Shown here: positions 1-11,932 of the stretch, piece after piece
How positions within the stretch are numbered: the first letter of the stretch is position 1
How the letters are laid out: every line of letters begins with the position of its first letter
Assembly (NCBI GenBank): GCA_001244265.2
Contig: CDLV01000015.1
Coordinates: forward strand, 124,001 to 188,000
DNA length: 64,000 nucleotides
Reading direction: 5' to 3'
DNA from: Microbotryum violaceum
Lineage: Eukaryota
Notes under the pieces: model-generated
Seen by the model: only the letters and a program-made list of their open reading frames with translations
Told to the model about the DNA's origin: nothing
The model's database searches: none
Made by a program: the position numbers and the translations under genes

Positions 1-1114
1 TTCTGCGTTCTCACAACTTGATTTTGCTCTCTCCCTTGTACATTGAACCCTTCAGCAGGAATGACCGCCCTCGATCCCAATACGGTCGTGATCCCCAACT
101 CTTGAAAGCGCTTCATCACCAACCCGTGTAATTGGGGATGGAAGCGCGGCATCAAAGTGCGGGATTGGACTACGGTGATGGATTTTTCGGGGTAGAGGAT
201 CGCGAGGTCCGTGGCCATTTCTTGGGATTCGGACGGTTAAAAAAGGCGGAGGTCACGTGCACCGGGCAAGTGGGAGGGTTGGGGCCGGGAGGGCAGGTCA
301 GCAAAATAAATACCATCGGTCCACACCGTTCTCGGGAATTAACGCCATCAATTAAAAAGATCAACTCACGAACTCCCACAGCTCCTCCGCCGAGAATGAC
401 CAGATCGTGGGCCTTCTTCAGCTCCTCCTGCACGCCTTGAAGGTACTTGACCCCTTCCGGCATTGTCCCAGGCGGTGTCAACTTGGTCCCGCTCGCCAAC
501 ACCAGCGCCTCGAAGGGTAGCTCCGTAACCTTTTTCCCGTCGAGTTGGACGGGTCGATCGAGCAGGAGCGAGGAATGAGGGGTGATGCTCTCTACGATTG
601 CTCGGAGGAGGAGGTGGGGGGAGGGCAGGCTAAGGGGGATGAAGGCTTTGTGCTCGTGCGAGGGGACGATGGCGAAGGGAGGGAAGCTAGAATAAACGAA
701 TAAGATGCATTTCAGTTCACTCGTATACGGACAGAAGACCCCACCGGTCGAGGAGATCCCGCCAATCGTTCTCGGGGCCGAAGTGGGCGTTCGCACGACT
801 TACGCGAAGAGATGAGAGAAATGCGATTGTTTTTCAACGACAACAACCCTATAACTATCCTTCTTCTGCTCCTCTCCATCCAACTTGGTTATCAATTCCT
901 TCGCGGCCATCATACCGACATAACTTGCGCCGACGACGACAATGTTCTTGAATCCCGTCGGAGTTCTGTGGACCGTGCCTGAGGACGAAGCCGAGGTGGA
1001 AGAGGAAGACCTGTGTTGTACGATCTGACCCAGTCGAGCTCGAGCGAACAGTGATGTAGAAGCCAGTGCGATGATTAGGATGGAGAAGGGAAGGAGAAAA
1101 GAGCGGAAGCGCAT
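1..1114 (-). CDS. AIF/AMID-like FAD/NAD(P)-dependent oxidoreductase, 3'-truncated by window edge; at least 3 exons
   Basis: Hydrophobic N-terminus, then NIVVVGASYVG (FAD motif), LVLASGT and VILGGGAVGV-Q-MATDLA (NAD motif, split by an intron), followed by ITVVQSRTLMPRFHPQLH. GT-AG introns join the frames. Confidence 0.85.
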
Positions 1115-1851
1115 ACGATGAAGAAGGGAGGAGAGCAGCACAGCTGAGTCGACGTTTTTAGTTCGTTTTTCGGAGATGCTCGAAATGCGCGACTTTTGCC
1201 CTGCGTGAGTGACTCGCGCACTGCAAGGCTAATTCCATCCTGACTCCTTGAGCTCACTTTTAGAGGTCGCCGATTAATGATGGTTCATTGGTGACTCGAT
1301 CCAATATTGAATGGACTCGTTCGAGTGAAACTCCGACAAAGGAGCTCGTTCGCCAGAGTGAGACAGAACACACCCCTGGGCTCGCGATCGGATCATCGGC
1401 CCCTTTTCAAAAATGCTGGTGAGTCGTACCTAAAACCCCTCGCGACGAATGATCCTTGCTCGTCAAGACGCGCCTGACCGTCCATCTCCTCGTCGGAGGC
1501 GTCCAGGAGCATATCGAATGCTGTGGCGTGTGTGCCTTTCCGTAAGATGACACTGGCGAGACACCCGCAACTTGGCCAGTCGATGTGAGACCCTGCGAAG
1601 GGTCTCCTACCTCGCGCCTGAACTGCGGCCTTCACCCATCTCTCGGTGAGCGGTCATAGTCCGGTCCGAATCAATTAAATTTCACAACGATACTAATAGC
1701 TAAGTATACAACAGAGGAGAAAGCGTGGGACCAAAGAGGACAGGTAATAGCTGCAATGCTATTAGTCGTCAGAGTGCGAGAGCGTCCGTTGTTTGCTGGA
1801 GAATAGATGCTGGAAATATTGGGTATACGGCAGGAGCGTCTTTATGTTGAG

Positions 1852-2021
1852 CGCATTAGGGCTCCTTGTCCAATGTACCTCTCTGCGGAAATCGAAGGAA
1901 TCACGAGTCGCATTAGGGCTCCTTGTCCAATGTACCTCTCTGCGGAAATCGAAGGAATCACGAGTCGCATTAGGGCTCCTTGTCCAATGTACCTCTCTGC
2001 GGAAATTGAAGGAATCACGAG
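1852..2021. repeat. Tandem repeat, 3 x 57 bp, near-identical
   Basis: Unit cgcattagggctccttgtccaatgtacctctctgcggaaatcgaaggaatcacgagt starts at 1852, 1909 and 1966. There is one internal C/T difference in the third copy. Confidence 0.98.
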
Positions 2022-3369
2022 CCACCATCGCCGTCGAGCGTCAGCGAATCCAAGTCCCACTCACCAAAACCGAAGCGATCGCGGGGAACAAAGTTCGACT
2101 ATTGCCTTGGATCGACGCCGCACTTCCTTTCCTCTTCCGTTTCGGACTCAGTGGCAGCGACGACTCAGCCGAGTTCGAGCCACTATCCGCCGCCAATGCG
2201 GCATTCGGCGTCGCGACCGTCGAGGTTCGATTCGACGATCTTCGCCTGAACATCCCGGGGCGTACTGAATCCGCAGCCGCTTCCCTCATCGTGCCCATCA
2301 CCCTTGCGATATTCATGATCTCCTCATCTTCCTCCTCATCTTCCTCGTCCTCGTCCCTGAGGATGTCTTGCTCGCTGATAATGCGTAGCAGGGCCTCGTC
2401 GAGCATAAGCCCTCCTTCACGAGCCTCGTCCCTCTCCATCTCGGTGTCGCTCCCATTGTCGTACTCGTACTCTTCCTCTTCTTCCTCTTCATCGTCATCC
2501 ATGTCCTCTTCATCGCGGCGAGAACCCAACTCGTCCAAGCTGGTGAACCCAGTACTTGTACTGGCCATGCTCCGTCGGCTGTCCAGCTTGATCATGGGTA
2601 CACTCGCAGCCGGTGCGGGGCCAGCCGGTCCGCGGTTGGACGACATCTCAGCCGGCTCGTCCAAAGTAGTCGACGCGCCCTTGGCCCTCCTCTTCTTGGC
2701 CGACCCTCGACCCGGAGTCAATCCTCGCATTTTTGAAGTACTCGCCTTGGACCCACCAACGCCGCGGTACATCGACAGCTCGTCATCCAGCTTGCGAACC
2801 TGGTCCTTGAGAGCGCGAATCTCCTCCCTCAGCCCTTCGTTCTCGGCCGACAGCCCTTCGAACTCGTCCTTTTTGCGATCCCTCGATTTCTGCGCCGCAA
2901 CCCGATTCCTTTCCTTCCTCGCGAGCGATCGTAGCTGTTGCGGGTTCAACCCCGCCGTCGAGCCGCCATTCATGAGCAGTGACGAGGACGACGACGAAGC
3001 GCCGGCTGAGCCGTACTGGTTGAAGACGGGGGAGTGACGTCCCGTGTCGTCCGAGTCGAGTTGGTCATGCGAGTCGTTGCGCGACGAGTGATCGTAGGCA
3101 AACTCGGGGGTGATGTCCCTCGAGTTGGCGAGAGGGTTCGATTTCGCTCGATTGGGGTGTAGGGTCGCCGTGATGGACGCGCTAGGGGTCCTCGGACGTG
3201 ACGTTGACGTGGCGCACACATGTCCGATCGAGGCCGCCCCACCACCACCACCGGTGCCAGCGCCGGTGCCCACGACGGACAACGATGCCGATCCACTACC
3301 ACCAGCGGACGAGGGCGCCGTCGTAGTGTGTATCGCGATCGCTGGTTTCAAAGTACGTTTCGTCGGCAT
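1970..3369 (-). CDS. bZIP transcription factor (2 exons)
   Basis: Basic region RKERNRVAAQKSRDRKK followed by a heptad leucine zipper and acidic tracts. Intron 2064-1997 (GTGAGT...GCTGAC...CAG) leads to last exon 1996-1970, RGTLDKEP*. Confidence 0.9.
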
Positions 3370-4297
3370 CGTTTTGAGGAGCGCGCACTGATCTCGTAAG
3401 CGCTCGACTGGGCAGCGCGGGCAAGCGGCAGCGCGCTTGATCGGGGGGGTTACGTGTCAGCCCACTCCGCGCGAGCGGTATCTCGCAGTTCGGAGGGCTG
3501 CTGGGCAAAACAGCACCACACCAGGGGTCAGCACACAGAACAGAGTGAGAGGGAGGGTAAGTGAATGTCTCGTCCAGCTCACAAGATAGTGTTGTGTCGC
3601 TCGATGCGTGGGGTAAGTACCTGCGTCCAGTCGCAGGGTCGGATGATGGGTGTGAGACAGAGCAAGCAGTTTCGCGCTTCCGCCGTCTCAGTCCGCCCGC
3701 GGCGCCTGCCATTTCGTCGCAGCGCGTTCGGATAACTCTCACTGGCAGTCACGCAGTCGGCACGGGCTTTGGCGTCTCGGACGACGTCAAGGTCGGGTTG
3801 CAAGAGCCCACGTCTCCATTACTTTTGTTGGACAGGCAAGTGCCATCTTGACCCCTGAAATCGCGACAGCTCTTCAAAGCAGCATCTCTACTATTCCGGC
3901 CCTTCTCGCTCGGACCGTTTACTGTTCTTGACTCGATCTACCTGATCTGTCTCCCAGCGATCCTCGATTGCATTCGTAACCGTCACTAACCGAGCCGTAC
4001 TGGTCAGGAAATAAAAAGAATATCTGGTTAGTACGAGCGGTGTCCGAGTACAGACCGGGATCCGTACATGCTATCTTGGCTCGACAATTTTATGAAATTC
4101 ACAGCACTGGAAGTCCAGGACTGATCAGTTTTCGCCTGCTGACAGACAGCACGTGCACATCCGAGTGGCGCCGCCGCGCACGGACCCTGTCAGTTTCGAG
4201 CTGGCTCTATCTCGCGTTCAAGGCTGGAGGTTTCCTCCTCTCTTCCAGGTCATACCAGTCGCTCCGCCTGGTGGCAAACAGACGACCTGTGTTGGAG

Positions 4298-6205
4298 ATG
4301 GCTTCATCTTCACCTTATCAATTAAGGACCGAACTCGCTTTGGCTCGAGCCAAAGTAGCCGAACTCGAGCAGGCGCTACAGGCCCCCGCAGACCATGCCG
4401 GACCGATGACAGACAAGACGTCCAGAGCCTCGACAGGTAGGACTCAAGTACGCATTCAAGGCTTAAGTCAACAAGAGTATAGACGATATGGTCGACAAAT
4501 GATCCTGCCCGCTGTGGGTTTGCCTGGTTAGTCGGAGCGAATGCGATGGCCCCGTCGAAACTATTTGCTCATTCACCCTGTGCGAATCATTCAGGTCAAC
4601 TCAAGCTCAAACAAGCCCACATCCTCGTCATCGGCGCAGGCGGTCTAGGATGTCCCGTCTTGCTCTATCTCGCAGCCGCAGGCATAGGTGAGTCGATGTT
4701 CGGTATACGAGAAGAGGGTCCAGCACACGAGCTCACGTGATCCGTCACTTGGCCTCTGCTTAAAGGTCAAATCACCATCTTGGATCATGATGACGTCGAA
4801 TTGTCCAACCTACATCGCCAGGTATTGCATGACGAGACGAGAATAGGGGTCAACAAGGCAGAGAGTGCACGGATAGGGCTCGAGAGGTCGGTCCGCCTTT
4901 CGGAGCCAAAAAGTTCTTCCAGCGTTCTGACTCCCGTCTGACATTCATTTACCTCTAGGCTCAACTCGGACATCGTCATCAACTCCTACGCCTTACCATT
5001 CACACCAACCCTATTCGATCCCTCGAATTGCTCAAGCACCCCGGACTGCGTTCTGAAAGCGAGTTTCACCCTGATCCTCGATTGCACCGACAACCCAGCG
5101 ACACGGCATTTCCTCAACGCATATGCCGTGCGTTACAAGATTCCCCTCGTCAGTGGAGGAGCTGTGAGGTCTGAGGGCACGGTCGGAGTCTTTGGCCTCA
5201 AGCTACAAGACGAGGTAACATCGGGGGAAAATGGAACCGCCGAGTATGGCCCCTGTTACGCTTGTGTCTTTCCTGCACCGCCATCACCTTCGGGGGATGT
5301 TGCGGACGGGGATGGCTTATCCGAGGAAGAGAGGGAAGATAAGACGCTGGAGCGGACGGCGTTGCAAGGTACGGGAGCGTGCTCGGATGAAGGTGTGCTT
5401 GGTCTTTTGTGCGGTCAGGTCGGGGTGCAGATGGGCTGCGAGGCGATGAGGATGTTGTTGGGGATAGGTGCGTGTATGAAGAGCTCCAGCAAAAAAAATC
5501 GATCAGCTAAAAGAGTTATTTTTACCACCACAGCCAAACCGACCCTGCACCTTTTATCACCCCTTTCCGCGCACCCTTTACGAACGATCAAGCTCCGAGC
5601 GCGCCAAGCTTCCTGTCCAGCGTGCGGAGCCCAGTCCACGACCAAATGGGACGAGTTTCTGCAAACTGGGCACTGGTCCGAATGGATCGACCCCTTTTGC
5701 GAACTTCCTGGAGCGGGTCAAGGTGCGCTGAGGAAAGATGAGAAGAGGTGGAGTGCGAGAGCGCTGAGTGAACGATTGGCGCAGGGTGAGAATGGAGGGA
5801 CATTGAGGCTGATTGATGTGAGACCTGGTGTTGAGTGGGGGATTTGTAAGATTCCTGGGAGTGAGAGTAAGCCGACGCTGTATGACACCGCTGTGCAACT
5901 TGGAACGAAAGGCGAAGCTGATGGTCCCAACTCGTCACATAGACATCCCCTTGGCGCAAATTCTGAGAGATCCTTCAATCGTGCTCAAAGGGCAAGACGA
6001 CTCGGGACCCCAAGAGCTGGCCTTCGTCTGCCGAAGAGGGAACGACTCGATCATCGCTGCTCGAGCTGTCAGGAGATTCAAGAACAAGAAAACTGCAACT
6101 TTGGAGTGTTTGGGAGGGTGTGGAGGTTCATTTGTGGTCGGGGATTTGAAAAACGGGTTGGTCGGGTGGAGTAGGGACGTCGATGAGATGTTTCCGACGT
6201 ACTGA
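4298..6205 (+). CDS. UBA4: Adenylyltransferase/sulfurtransferase UBA4/MOCS3 (ThiF/MoeB plus rhodanese)
   Basis: [46 protein letters not shown] and CPAC Zn motifs, and C-terminal rhodanese LIDVRP...FVCRRGNDS...FPTY. Multiple GT-AG introns. Confidence 0.95.
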
Positions 6206-7223
6206 GGTTTCTGTGTGGCAAGTTTTTTGCTGCACTGTAACACTCCATCGTCATAATCGAGTCCCAACAATCACGACTATAACTACTATCACGCAGGTTC
6301 TAATGGTGTGTTGCCATTAGTTAGCAAGTACTGACCGGAACGATAAGGTACTGGAACAACGGCAGTTCGGGACCGGTGTCGACGTGATCAGACCCTGAGA
6401 TGTCGTTTTGCGCCGTCCCTGCGCTAGAGCCTCGAGCCCCTCTGCCACGCGAGGCTCAACAATCGCATAGGGACTAGGAGTCATGGCGGACCTGGTGGCC
6501 CAAGTTGTCCTGGTGGGGATTACCTATTACTAAATCGGGCGCGCAACACGTCTCTAGTCTCAAGGTATTCAACTTTCTCTGTCGAAGCGGGAACAACTCG
6601 GTCATGACTGCTCGAGTGGTGGAGGACGATCAGGAGGCACGACGTCCCCTCGCCGAGATTTCGGATTCGCCAGCTTCACTGCAGCGCTCAGCTTTCGTGC
6701 CAAGCGAACTCGGACATTTTTCGTTGGACAGGTTGACTAGCTCGCAACCGTGACTTGAATTTCTGGCTCAAAGCCTGCTTCCTCAGTGCATCTACCGATG
6801 TACGCGAATTCGCGCGAGCGGGCAACACAGGGTCACTACGGACGGGTCGACCGGGATGGCATAGTGCATGACTCAAGTGAGACTCTCGACCGTACTTCGA
6901 TCCGAATGAGCAAGTAGTCTCTTCTGACCAAGCTCGAACAGAAATGACCGCTTAAGGCAAAATAAGTGATCGAGAGAAAGGTGGCAACATTGACAAGCGC
7001 TTGCCTTGTTTTGTCTTGACGACGTGTTTGGGTAAGCGCGCGGGCGGCGGCGGCAGCTGGGTTTCGCGTCAATTTGGTGACTGGGAGAGCGAACAACATC
7101 ACGTGATTCTTTAGTAATCGCAGACTGGACCTTGAGCACTTTTTGCCAACGATGATGGAGTTCGTCTGGAAGTCAAGACCTAGGCAAAGGCACTGTGTGA
7201 AATTTCGGGCTTCGAGTCAGTCG

Positions 7224-7566
7224 ACGCGTTTCCCCTCGCCCGAGTCAGAGGCGATGTCAAAACCAACTGCGGTCACGATGTCACGCCGCGTCGTCACGTC
7301 GCCTTGATGTCAATTCGAGGAGAGCCGAGAGCGTCTAATTCGTAGTGTGGATGTTTTCGGATGTATATGTCGGGCGATGACGGTGCATTGCAGTAGTATG
7401 ACATGTCTCCTACCCAGAGAGGCGACGTGACTGAAAGTAGTCGCGGCGCGTCACGAGCAGAGTGTACGTAGTGTTTTCAACTCGCGACGCGTCGAGGAGA
7501 GGGTGCGCCGCGAGAGAAAAATCCAAGCGGCGGGCAACGAAATGGCGCACGCGTTCGCGTCGCGAC
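7224..7566 (+). promoter_or_regulatory. Cluster of MCB-like (ACGCGT/CGCG) elements upstream of RNR2
   Basis: ACGCGT at 7224, 7487 and 7549, plus many CGCG cores. MBF control of RNR genes is established in yeasts; function here is inferred. Confidence 0.5.
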
Positions 7567-7726
7567 TACGCCGCGCAAGCACCCATCACTTTGTCGTGCC
7601 GCGCATCCGATGGTCGTCGCCTCTTGCTCTCCTTCCCACCACTCAAGATCCCTTTCACCCTCACCTCACCTCCCCTCAGCCATCTACACTCCCCTCTTCT
7701 TTTCCTAGTTCCTCACGATCATCAAG

Positions 7727-9586
7727 ATGGTCGCTGCCGCTCTCGAAACCCCTTCCAAGGCTGCCGCCGCGTCACTGTCGTCGCTCGATCTGTCCAAGCC
7801 TTCCTCGATCACGTCGCAGCTCAAGAAGGAAGCCACCGTCGTTGTCGCCTCCAAGCCCACGAGTGATGATGTCCAAACCGTTGATGGTCGTGACCGCTTT
7901 GTGGGCAACCTCGACATCAAGAGCGACGCCGACGAGCCGTTGCTGAGGCCAACCGAGGCGCGCTTCGTCCTGTTTCCCATCAAGTACCACGAGGTGAGCA
8001 CACTGATCTCAAGTCTCCCCCTTGACCTCTTTGAGCATTAGACTTGGCTCCGAGTGGTGCGAGGCATCACTTTGCCGGACTCTGGTCGGGGTTCATTTTT
8101 GCCCGTGGCGCCTCTGCCCGTCGCGTCCCACTGCCCGTCGCGCGGCGCGTGATCCCCTCGCCCACCCCTCTTCATTTTGCCGATCGTCTGATCCTCGCCA
8201 TCGTTTTTTGCCAATTCAGATCTGGGCACAGTACAAGAAGGCTGAGGCATCTTTTTGGACCGCCGAAGAGATGGACCTGTCCAAGGACATGCACGACTGG
8301 GACAACAAGCTCAAGCCCGACGAGCGCTACTTCATCTCGCACGTCCTCGCCTTTTTCGCCGCCTCCGACGGCATCGTCAACGAGAACTTGGTCGAGCGAT
8401 TCTCTGGTGAGGTCCAGTCAGCCGAGGCTCGATGCTTCTACGGTTTTCAAATCATGATGTACGTACTCGATGTCACCGTCACTGTCGAGTCGTGTATGCC
8501 CCCGTGTGTGACGCGTCGGCAGTCCACGATGGATGTGCGCTGACCTGTGACCTTCATCCGTCCCCGCGAAACAGGGAGAACATTCACTCTGAAGTCTACT
8601 CCCTCCTCATTGACACCTACGTCCGAGAGCCCGAGGAGCGCAACAAGCTCTTCCAAGCCATTGACACGAGTGAGTTACGGTCCGCGCTGCCGTTCGGCCG
8701 ACGCCGCCTCGCTACGATCTTGCAGCTGACCGGCGCTTCTTTTCTTCAGTTCCCTGCATCCGCAAGAAGGCTGATTGGGCACTCAAGTGGATCTCGGATG
8801 ACCGATCCATCTTTGGTGAACGACTTATCGCTTTCGCTGCTGTTGAGGGCATCTTCTTCTCTGGTCAGTCCTCGTCACCGTCTTCCCCGCTCCTGGTTGC
8901 CATCTACAAACGACTGACCCCCATCTTCCTTCGTCATCTGAAAGGCTCGTTCGCTTCCATCTTCTGGCTCAAGAAGCGTGGCTTGATGCCCGGATTGACC
9001 TTCTCCAACGAGCTCATCTCGCGTGACGAGGGCCTCCACACCGACTTTGCTTGCCTCTTGTTCTCCCACCTCGAGCGAAGGCCTCACCCCGACACCGTCG
9101 CGCTCATCATTAAGGAGGCCGTCGAGATCGAGAAGGAATTCTTGACCGAGGCTCTTCCCTGCGGTTTGATCGGCATGAATGCCAAGCTCATGTGCCAGTG
9201 AGTCTACTCTGCCCATTCGTCCGCGCGTTTGTTTGTCCAGTCGCTGATTCGAGGCCGTTCTCTCGTTCATCTCGCCCAGATACATCGAGTTCGTCGCCGA
9301 CCGATTGTTGGTCGCCTTGGGCAACCCCAAGGTCTGGAACGCCGAGAACCCCTTTGACTTTATGAATATGATCTCGCTCGAGGGCAAGACAAACTTCTTC
9401 GAGAAGCGTGTTTCGGATTACCAAAAGTCGGGGTCAGTACTCTCGTCCCTTTGACCGTGATTTGCATCACGCGACAGTCAACTGATACGCTTGAACGCTA
9501 TCGCCAAAAGTGTCTCGTCCGCCCAATCTGCGCGAGAAGCCGGAGAAGACGTTAAGTCGGCTTTCTCCTTCGAGGAGGACTTTTAA
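7727..9586 (+). CDS. RNR2: Ribonucleoside-diphosphate reductase small subunit
   Basis: [88 protein letters not shown] and C-terminal FSFEEDF*. Multi-exon. Confidence 0.98.
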
Positions 9587-10367
9587 GCGATCGAAGCGCA
9601 GTCGTTTCCAACCCTCGCAGCAACTCTTCCCCTTCGCATAATCTTGATCGACCCCTCCGCTTTTCCCAAAAGTCGGCCAGAGCGATTTTGTTATATATCC
9701 TCCTCTTGATCGCTGCCCTGTTTCAGTACCCTTCCCCTTTTTCTTTCTCTCCGCTCCTTGCGTTGATCCTGCTCTTAGCTCGTCCGACCAAGTCCAGCAT
9801 GTACGGTTCCTTTCATTTGGTCTCTCCTCACATATGGTTGTTACATGTACACGGTACCCCTTGATTTCTGTGAAAGCTATATTTCTCTTTCCTCTCTGGT
9901 TTTGGTTTCTTCTGCATCTCACCAGCGATCGCCATGACCTCATCATCGACAAGAGAGCAAGAGACATCCAACCCCTTCCCTAGCAATTATTTGTTCTTCC
10001 GAGAGAAGCAAACAAAACAGACTTTTTCAAGAGGACTGTTTTGAGGCAGTAAGTAGCCTGTAAGAGCCACACCACACAGGAGGGGAGGAGGAGGTTCTTT
10101 TGATCGATCGAGATTGATTGATAGGCAGCAGCATGCAGCATCTGCTCTTAGCCGAACTCCACGTGGTTTTCCGAAGGTTGTTGACAAAGACAATGCCAAG
10201 TATAGGATTTATACAGTAGGACAAGATGACGTATGCGATACATTGGTCGGAAAACGCCAAGCTGGGTCGGGAAAGCTCATGGGGAAACGAAAGGCCAGGA
10301 GGCCTACTACAGGTAGGAAGAGGAGTGCGCATGCTTGAAGCTTGAGAAGGAGCTCGAAGCTGGGAGT

Positions 10368-11603
10368 CTATAAGATCGCATTGATCGCATTCGACTGAAC
10401 TCGACGCGATTCGCAGAAAGAAACTTGGTCAGTTCCTTACTACTCAGAAAGAGATCAGTCAAAACGCCACAAGGATAGTAAGAACCAACTCACCGCCACC
10501 GCGCTCCCCGTCCCGAAGCCCAACCCGCCTACAAAAGCCGAGCCCAATTGACCGCCGACTTTACCGAACCTCTTCTTCGGCATTGGAGGGGGCTGGGGGG
10601 TTGTTGTTCCCATTGCTTGCGTTGGAGCTGCTGTTGGTGGGGGTGGTGGGGGTTGATAGATTTGTTGAGGTGGTGGTGGAGGGGTGTAGTGCTGCTTGTC
10701 GTCGAGGTATGGATTGTTGGGAGGGGCGTACTGCGATGGGCCGGATGGGTACGAGTTTGACCCCGAGGGTGCGTAGGAAGCAGCATAAGGTTGTGGTTGC
10801 TGATACGCGTATTGTTGAGCCTGTGTTTGGGGTGGTGGGGGTTGGTGGTTATAGTAAGGTGCTGGGGAAGGGGAGGGAGTGAAGTGGGCGCTATTAGGTG
10901 GGGGTAGGGGTCCGTTCGAATTGCTCGTTGTGGTGGATGAGGGGTCGCAAGGGAGGCGTTCGACGTGCTGCAGCAACAAGTCATCACGTTTCAGCTCTTG
11001 GTGCTTTTTCGCAGCAAGCTCAAAGCTGGAAGGTCTCACGTTCGAAGGGAAGATCCCCTTTCTCCCGTCTGTTGGAAGCCAAAAAGTCGTTCGTCAGCTG
11101 CAATCGGCCGATGTAAGGACTGTGCTCGAACGCGAACGTCGACAACACGTACCAATCGAGCCCTGCCACCAATCCTGATTCAATTCGGACTCTAGAACGA
11201 TGATTTGACCCTTTGTGAAAGGTAGATCGTCCGGCTGGGAGGAGGAGAGATCATCCGTCAGTGGGCACGGTAGCCGAGAGCAAATGTGAGCTGGACTGAC
11301 CTGAGAAGCCTGATAATCCCACACCGCACGACAAGTAGCGCGGTCCGTCGATCCTCCTCCCTGGCCCGCCTGCGCTCGTTCACTGGGATGGGTATTCAAG
11401 TCCAAACCTCCTAGCTGTCCATTCAGGCGCTCTACACCACCGGATCCCACCCCGTGGAGACCAGAAGGCAGCTTGGCCTTGATCACCTCGACGTCCTGAG
11501 CGTTCAGCAGGCCTTGCGAGCAGAGAAAGTCCATGTCCGAGTGAATTCGAGCTACGAGGTGGTCGACGAACGCTTGGTGCGTTGAGGAGGTGGAGCTGGC
11601 CAT
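10368..11603 (-). CDS. SH3-domain protein, LSB1/PIN3-like
   Basis: SH3 (CRAVWDY...DDLPFTKGQII...DWWQG), a P/Q/Y-rich linker, and C-terminal GQLGSAFVGGLGFGTGSAVA|SNAINAIL*, typical of Lsb1/Pin3. Confidence 0.85.
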
Positions 11604-11932
11604 GAGCGCAAAGTGATGGGTGGTGTAGGGCCAAGTCGGGTGGGTGTGAGACAAAAGAGACGGTCTCGGAAGCAGCGGAGCGGAGCGTACACAGCCTCGG
11701 CGTTGGTTCGGACCCCAAGCCAGCGTCTGTGATGCGCAATTTTAGCCCAAAGCGAGGAGCTGTAATGCGCAATTCGAGTCGTGCTTGGCGCGCCATGTCT
11801 CTCGTGCTTCTCTCCAATTCTCTCCGTGGTGGCGCCTCGTCAGCGCGCGCTCGGCTTTCACGCGCTTTCTCGCTTCTGCTCTGCTCCTGCTCTTGCTCTT
11901 CCCACCTCTTGTAGCGCACACCAGCAGCCATC

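Noticed and set aside
1852-2021. 57-bp repeats as a CRISPR array
   Set aside because: The units are contiguous with no unique spacers, there are no cas genes, and the context is eukaryotic.
1793-3037. 414-aa plus-strand ORF
   Set aside because: Antisense shadow of the bZIP gene; its poly-Ser runs mirror the acidic codons on the other strand.
4270-4278. GGTGGCAAA (PACE/Rpn4 site) before UBA4
   Set aside because: Single copy only 20 nt from the ATG, and absent from the RPN11 promoter; likely chance.
6427-6457. Short hairpin GAGCCTCG...CGAGGCTC
   Set aside because: An 8-bp stem in GC-rich intergenic DNA is expected by chance, and no RNA-family features are present.
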